Below, piece after piece: positions 59,269 to 64,000 of a stretch of DNA of 64,000 nt; the first letter of the stretch is position 1; each line of letters starts with the position of its first letter. The DNA lies in NCBI GenBank assembly GCA_050309735.1, contig JBNRMS010000035.1, positions 872 to 64,871 of the forward strand, given 5' to 3'. Under the pieces are notes generated by a model. That model did no database searches, was not told the DNA's origin, and saw only the letters and a list, made by a program, of their open reading frames with translations. The stretch is from Eubacteriales bacterium (GTDB lineage Bacteria > Bacillota > Clostridia > Oscillospirales > CAG-272). A program made the translations under genes and the position numbers.

Positions 59269-60204
59269 TCAAGTCAGCACCGGCGCTGTAAAGAGCAATT
59301 CCCTGATGCCGGCATATTTCTGAAAATACCCTGCGTTGTCCGGACCCGCACCTTGCTCGCCGCAGTACACCGTGTAGGAAGGTATGCCGAGTACACTGCT
59401 GCACCAGCCAACAAGGCTTCCCCGAGCCTCCTCGCTCCTAATTTCGACAAGCGGCTTGCCGCTGATGCGCGAGAGCGACTGACCTATGCTCTTTCCCCTC
59501 GGTATGGCCTCGTCCTCTATGTATGCCACGCTCTCAGGGCCGCACTCAAGGCTGAGCAACAGCCTGATTTTGTCGTTATAGCGCAAATACCCCGAAAGCG
59601 CGCTTGTCTCGGGCTCAGACTCGGGGTGAACCCCCGCGTATCCCGACGGCGCACCGCAGGTCTTTGCTCCGTCCTGCTTGTTATATTCTATGTAGTCATA
59701 ATTAAAATTTCGCCCAAGGTCAACTCCCCGCGCGTTTGCCGCCCAGCGCGAGATGTCACCCCCTCCGTTCATTGCCATAATGCGCGGGTGGAGCGGGTTG
59801 TCCTCGGCGATGCCCTCGGTGACGTATGACACGCCGTCGGGATTCAGTATGGGCAGAATATGTATCGTCCGGGTCGCCTCAAGACTCTTAAGATTCAGGT
59901 TGTAGATCCGGCGATTGTTTTTTCTTGTCTCGCAGTATTCGTTTATAAAACGCAGTATCAGCGAGCAGGTTATATAGTCGGCTCCGCTTATGCATCCGAC
60001 ATAAAGAAGCTCTTTTTTGCCGCTTCCGAAGCTTATCATGGGTATGCTTTTCCCAAGGACGGTTTGCCCTATTGAGGACACATTTATATTGTCATACCGC
60101 AAAGACAGGATGTCAAGACACTCCATCATTTCCTCGCAGCATGTAATTCGCTCGTAATCAAGAATTCTTTTATCCTTGTCAATACCCTGTCGGTTTGTGT
60201 TCAT
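59269..60204 (-). CDS. M14-family carboxypeptidase-like protein (gamma-D-Glu-meso-DAP peptidase-like), catalytic residues apparently substituted
   Basis: M14 landmarks ILPILNPDGV, RGVDLGRNF and HPESEPET are present. However, the HxxE zinc motif reads SGAD, the third-ligand position reads LSLECG and the TxEL catalytic Glu position reads TVYCG. Confidence 0.7.
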   Translation of the reverse strand: MNTNRQGIDKDKRILDYERITCCEEMMECLDILSLRYDNINVSSIGQTVLGKSIPMISFGSGKKELLYVGCISGADYITCSLILRFINEYCETRKNNRRIYNLNLKSLEATRTIHILPILNPDGVSYVTEGIAEDNPLHPRIMAMNGGGDISRWAANARGVDLGRNFNYDYIEYNKQDGAKTCGAPSGYAGVHPESEPETSALSGYLRYNDKIRLLLSLECGPESVAYIEDEAIPRGKSIGQSLSRISGKPLVEIRSEEARGSLVGWCSSVLGIPSYTVYCGEQGAGPDNAGYFQKYAGIRELLFTAPVLT

Positions 60205-60298
60205 TGCGCTTCTCCTTAATAGTTATACTTTATACATTATATTATGTTCCCGAAGCCCGAATAATGCAGCTATAAATTCCGAATGCCGAGGTGTAAAA

Positions 60299-61048
60299 AT
60301 GCAATCAACATACGACCCAAAACTCAAAACCAAACTGACAATAACAATGACCATATTGGCATTTGTGATATTTTCTTTTTATTCTTTTGTCTTAGTGCCG
60401 CTGAGTATCAAGGCCGCAACCGACGTTTCCTTCATGGTTCCGCTGCTTTCCGACCTTCTGCCATACCTTAAATATCTAACCGAAATAGCCGGAATGCTCC
60501 TTATGTACTCCTTTATAATATATGCGGCATACCGCTTCGGGAAATCTGGTGCCAGCCTTTATGCAGCTCTTTTTCTAGTTCTCGTGCTTTATGAATATAT
60601 CACCTCGCATCTGGTGACCTATATCCTCGCCGGCCGCTTACCAGATTTTTCCGATTTCTTATTTGATTTTATGTACATGGTGGCAATACCCGTGCTCATC
60701 ATTTGTGCAATACACGCGATAATACTTCTTATTATATATGTAGTTTTCAAAAACACAGGTGATTCTTCGGACAAGGCCGCAATCCTCCCCTTCAAAAAGC
60801 TTTACAGTCGTGAAAATCACCTTCAGCGAGTGGCCTTATATATTTCCACCCTCTTTGCGGCAAGCCAGATAGTAAATCTTATAATAACCGACCTCTCAAT
60901 CGGCGCCCCGTCAAATCTGGGCGAGCTTTTATGGATGGTTGTTTCGTATTTGACCTCCTTACTAATGCTGCCCGCGTCCTATTTATTTATTATATATATC
61001 TTAATTTCGCTAAACAACAAGGATATCCGAATGAAATACGACGTGTGA
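60299..61048 (+). CDS. hypothetical polytopic membrane protein
   Basis: ATG 60299 after GAGGTG (ORF track start 60176 overlaps the divergent gene). About 6 hydrophobic helices; no family recognised. Confidence 0.6.
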   Translation: MQSTYDPKLKTKLTITMTILAFVIFSFYSFVLVPLSIKAATDVSFMVPLLSDLLPYLKYLTEIAGMLLMYSFIIYAAYRFGKSGASLYAALFLVLVLYEYITSHLVTYILAGRLPDFSDFLFDFMYMVAIPVLIICAIHAIILLIIYVVFKNTGDSSDKAAILPFKKLYSRENHLQRVALYISTLFAASQIVNLIITDLSIGAPSNLGELLWMVVSYLTSLLMLPASYLFIIYILISLNNKDIRMKYDV

Positions 61049-61131
61049 TATTAAAGAATTATTCATCAGATGTGAATAAGCATCCCCACCTGCCATAACG
61101 CAAGGTTATGCGATTTATTAAAAAACTGTAT

Positions 61132-61160
61132 TTGAATTATCCTCCCCGAAGTGATATACT
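61132..61160 (+). promoter_or_regulatory. sigma-A promoter candidate for purA
   Basis: TTGAAT (61132-61137), 17-nt spacer, TGA-TATACT (61155-61160). Confidence 0.55.
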
Positions 61161-61189
61161 GATGTTATCATAAGGGGAGGATTAATATT

Positions 61190-62473
61190 ATGATCAAAGC
61201 TATTGTGGGAGGCTGCTGGGGCGACGAGGGCAAGGGCAAAATCACAGATTTGCTTGGAGCCGACGCCGATATTGTAGTCAGATTTCAGGGGGGCGCCAAT
61301 GCCGGACACACCATAATCAACGAATATGGGAAATTCGCGCTTCATCTTCTTCCGTCGGGTGTTTTTCACAGAGGCGTGACAAATATACTCGCAAGCTCGG
61401 TCGCTTTTGATGCTGACATGTTCTTCGGAGAACTTGCAACACTTGGGAGCCGGGGGGTTCCGCGCCCCGAGATACTTGTCTCCTCGCGCGCGCAGCTCCT
61501 CCTTCCCTTTCATAAACTACAGGATAAACTTGAAGAAGAGCGCCTCGGGCGGCACAGTTTCGGCTCCACAAAGTCTGGAATTGCCCCCTTTTATTCTGAC
61601 AAATATGCAAAGAGAAATATACAAATCTCCGAGCTCTACTCGCATGGTCTCCCCGATAAGGTAGAACGGTTGGCTGAGGAAAAGAATATATATTTCAAAG
61701 CTTTTTACGGTGTTGAGAAAGCCCTTGACGCCGCGGCGTTGCTCGATAACCTCAGGGAGCTCGGCGAGCGGCTTGAGCCGCTGCTATGCGACTGCCCGCA
61801 TTACATGAGCGAGGCGCAAAGAGAGGGCAAGAAAATACTTCTTGAGGGACAGCTCGGCGCGCTGCGCGACCCCGACAACGGGATATATCCCTATGTAACC
61901 TCGTCCTCACCGCTCGCGGGATATGGCAGCGTTAGCCTTGGAATCCAACCGAATGCGATAAATTCTATTGTGGCGGTGGTCAAGGGATACTCAACCTGCG
62001 TTGGCGCAGGCCCCTTTGTCGGCGAGCTTTCGGGTCCTGTCGCAGAGGAACTGAGGCTCCGTGGCGGCTCTGACGGTGAATTCGGCGCCACAACCGGTCG
62101 GCCGCGCCGAATGGGATGGTTCGACGCCGTTGCCGCAAGATACGGGTGTATGCTTCAAGGCGCTACTGAGGTTGCGCTGACACTTATTGATGTCCTCGGT
62201 TATCTTGAGAGGATACCGGTCTGTACCCAATATAAAATCGGTGACAGGACAACTCGCAATTTTCCCGAAACTCACCTACTCGAGTTTGCCGAGCCTGTTT
62301 ATGAGTATCTTGACGGCTGGAAATGCGATATTGCAGGCGTTACTGCCTATGAAGGCCTTCCTGTCGCTGCTAAAAAATATGTCGACTTTATAGAAAATCA
62401 GCTCGGTTTGCCTATAACATTAATCTCAAACGGTCCCCGCCGCGAACAAATACTAATTCGCGGTTGCAAGTAA
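61190..62473 (+). CDS. purA: adenylosuccinate synthase
   Basis: WGDEGKGK P-loop, GGANAGHT and TTGRPRRMGWFD motifs. Confidence 0.95.
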   Translation: MIKAIVGGCWGDEGKGKITDLLGADADIVVRFQGGANAGHTIINEYGKFALHLLPSGVFHRGVTNILASSVAFDADMFFGELATLGSRGVPRPEILVSSRAQLLLPFHKLQDKLEEERLGRHSFGSTKSGIAPFYSDKYAKRNIQISELYSHGLPDKVERLAEEKNIYFKAFYGVEKALDAAALLDNLRELGERLEPLLCDCPHYMSEAQREGKKILLEGQLGALRDPDNGIYPYVTSSSPLAGYGSVSLGIQPNAINSIVAVVKGYSTCVGAGPFVGELSGPVAEELRLRGGSDGEFGATTGRPRRMGWFDAVAARYGCMLQGATEVALTLIDVLGYLERIPVCTQYKIGDRTTRNFPETHLLEFAEPVYEYLDGWKCDIAGVTAYEGLPVAAKKYVDFIENQLGLPITLISNGPRREQILIRGCK

Positions 62474-62492
62474 AAATATCATATGATATAAT
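62464..62492 (+). promoter_or_regulatory. sigma-A promoter (extended -10) of repeat copy B
   Basis: TTGCAA (62464-62469, inside the purA 3' end), 17-nt spacer, TGA-TATAAT (62487-62492). Confidence 0.6.
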
Positions 62493-62615
62493 ATACACAT
62501 TGGCAGCTTTCGAAGAAAGCTGCGATGTCGCAACGGCGTGCGAGCGCATGGGAGAAATTCACTTGCGACTATGGTATTATATACACATTGGCAGCTTTCT
62601 TTGAAAGCTGCGATG
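62481..62615 (+). repeat. promoter-proximal structured leader module, copy B plus a partial tandem reiteration
   Basis: 62481-62572 matches copy A, with hairpin GCAGCTTTC-GAA-GAAAGCTGC at 62503-62523 and helix GTCGCAA/TTGCGAC at 62527-62569. 62575-62615 repeats TATTATATACACATTG plus hairpin GCAGCTTTC-TTT-GAAAGCTGC. Confidence 0.8.
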
Positions 62616-62677
62616 CCGAAGCTGCTAAAGAGGTTCCCTGCCAATATATTCTCCGTCCCCGACAAGGAGGAGTACGC

Positions 62678-63586
62678 ATGAACATAAGCTATGACTGGTA
62701 CAGAATTTTTGCCGCTGTCGCCGAATGCCAAAGCATTACGGCGGCTGCAGAGCGGCTATTTATCTCGCAGCCCGCAGTCAGCCGGTCTATCCGCCAGCTT
62801 GAGGAGACGCTTGGCTGCCGGCTTTTCGAGCGGGTTCCAAAGGGCGTCAGGCTGACACGCGAGGGGGAGCTGCTCTTCTCTCATGTGTCGGACGGGATAA
62901 GCGCTTTTTCTTACGGCGAGCGCAAGCTGATTTCTATGATGCGTCTTGATGTTGGCGAGATACGAATCGGCGCGAGCGACATGACACTTGAATTCTGCCT
63001 TCTTCCCCACCTTGAGGCCTTCCACGCGCTTTATCCGGGCGTGAAAATAAGCATAACCAATCAACCGACCCCGACAACGCTCTCACTTCTCGGTGAGGAA
63101 AAGATTGATTTCGGTGCGGTCAGCGAGCCCTTTGAGTTTCTGCCCGCGAATGAGATTGAGGTCAGACGGGTGCGAGAAATACGGGATATTTTTATCGTCG
63201 GCAGAAGCCTTGCCGATAAATTTCGCGGCGCAGTTAAAATATCAGAACTCCCATCAGACCAACTTATAATGCTTGAAAAAAACACGAGTACCCGCGCCTA
63301 TCTTGATGCCGAGTTCCGAGAGCGAGGATTTTTAGCCGAACCAAAGTTTGAGCTTTCGACAAGTGCTCTAATTGTGCGGTTTGCCGCGCGCAATCTTGGT
63401 GTCGGCTGCGTTGTAGATGACTTTGCAAGAGCTGCACTCGCGAGCGGCGAGGTGAGCGAGATTGATATTTCAGACCCGCTGCCTCCGCGGCATATCTCCA
63501 TAGTCCGCCGAAAGTCATACTATTCGCGAGCCGCTCTTGCACTTTTGAAAATGATATTATCAGGCACGACAGAATCCGACAAATAA
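62678..63586 (+). CDS. LysR-family transcriptional regulator
   Basis: N-terminal wHTH SITAAAERLFISQPAVSRSIRQLEE and a C-terminal LysR substrate-binding fold. ATG 62678 lies after AAGGAGG; ORF track start 62525 lies in the repeat. Confidence 0.9.
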   Translation: MNISYDWYRIFAAVAECQSITAAAERLFISQPAVSRSIRQLEETLGCRLFERVPKGVRLTREGELLFSHVSDGISAFSYGERKLISMMRLDVGEIRIGASDMTLEFCLLPHLEAFHALYPGVKISITNQPTPTTLSLLGEEKIDFGAVSEPFEFLPANEIEVRRVREIRDIFIVGRSLADKFRGAVKISELPSDQLIMLEKNTSTRAYLDAEFRERGFLAEPKFELSTSALIVRFAARNLGVGCVVDDFARAALASGEVSEIDISDPLPPRHISIVRRKSYYSRAALALLKMILSGTTESDK

Positions 63587-63652
63587 GCAGGGTTGGTCAT
63601 AATATTATAACGACATGGTAATATTTAAAAATTATTGTCGTCTCGTGATGCC

Positions 63653-63694
63653 CAAAAAACACCCCGGTGAGAAGCAAACTGTTTCTCACCGGGG
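63653..63694 (-). terminator. intrinsic terminator after the ABC ATPase gene
   Basis: CCCCGGTGAGAA / TTCTCACCGGGG 12-bp stem followed on the minus strand by GTTTTTT. Confidence 0.85.
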
Positions 63695-63727
63695 TACACT
63701 TATTCCTTGGTACGTTATATCAATTTC

Positions 63728-64000
63728 TCAAAGCACAGCTTTGAGAAAGCTTTTGGTTCTATCATTGCTCGGTCTGTCGAATATTTCGGCGGGTGTTCCC
63801 TCCTCGGTAATTCTCCCGTCGCTCATGAAGATTATCCGGTCGGCAACCTCGCGGGCAAAACCCATCTCGTGTGTGACTATCACCATTGTCATGCCCTCAT
63901 TCGCAAGGTCTCGGATGAGATCAAGCACCTCGCCGACCATCTCAGGGTCGAGCGCCGAGGTCGGCTCGTCGAAGAGCATCACCTTCGGGTTCATAGCAAG
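63728..64000 (-). CDS. polar amino-acid ABC transporter ATP-binding protein (GlnQ-like), 5' part outside window
   Basis: [14 protein letters not shown] (Walker B/D-loop) and VTHEMGFA (H-loop). The frame stays open to the right edge. Confidence 0.88.
   Translation of the reverse strand, partial: LAMNPKVMLFDEPTSALDPEMVGEVLDLIRDLANEGMTMVIVTHEMGFAREVADRIIFMSDGRITEEGTPAEIFDRPSNDRTKSFLKAVL

Noticed and set aside
52957-62572. The 9.5-kb segment flanked by the direct repeats as a possible mobile or genomic island
   Set aside because: Its content is housekeeping (ruvAB, purA, yfhO). There is no integrase or intact transposase, and each repeat sits in a normal promoter position.
62525-62677. N-terminal 51-codon extension of the LysR ORF (MSQRRASAWEKFTCDY...)
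   Set aside because: The extension is simply the repeat element read in frame. There is no SD before 62525, whereas AAGGAGG precedes ATG 62678, and LysR proteins start directly with the HTH.

Overview
This 64 kb window looks like core chromosome of a Clostridia-class Firmicute, probably a spore former, judged from gene content only since no database search was possible. About 58 protein genes are packed tightly. They include lepB-rbgA-rnhB, thrC with an ApgM-like putative alternative homoserine kinase, and tig-clpP-clpX. There is a purine-riboswitch-controlled BMP-type nucleoside ABC transporter and a complete arginine cluster (argG-argH, argC, argJ-argB-argD-argF, carA-carB). A T-box-controlled gatCAB operon is followed by an archaeal-type AspRS. 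The rest includes rpsB-tsf, a clpE-like gene, pgsA, cvpA, ecfA1-ecfA2-ecfT-truA, ruvC, ruvAB, yfhO, purA and a LysR regulator. I found no rRNA or tRNA genes, no CRISPR array and no intact mobile element; the only mobile remnant is a decayed IS200/RayT-like gene. No obvious defence or accessory island is present. The points most worth a second look are: (1) carB reads in frame into a complete DapF-fold module that lacks the first catalytic cysteine; (2) a ~92-nt promoter-plus-structured-leader module occurs twice 9.5 kb apart, with a compensatory base-pair change in one hairpin; (3) a fixed translation-initiation motif GAAAGG-N-ATGGTYAT sits in front of eight genes; (4) a shared leader architecture (TTTGTGCC ... 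GGCAC) sits upstream of that motif in the argJ, aspS and clpE-like leaders; (5) an M14 carboxypeptidase homologue appears to have all catalytic residues replaced; (6) a cysteine-rich orphan protein carries a CYCCCCAC motif.
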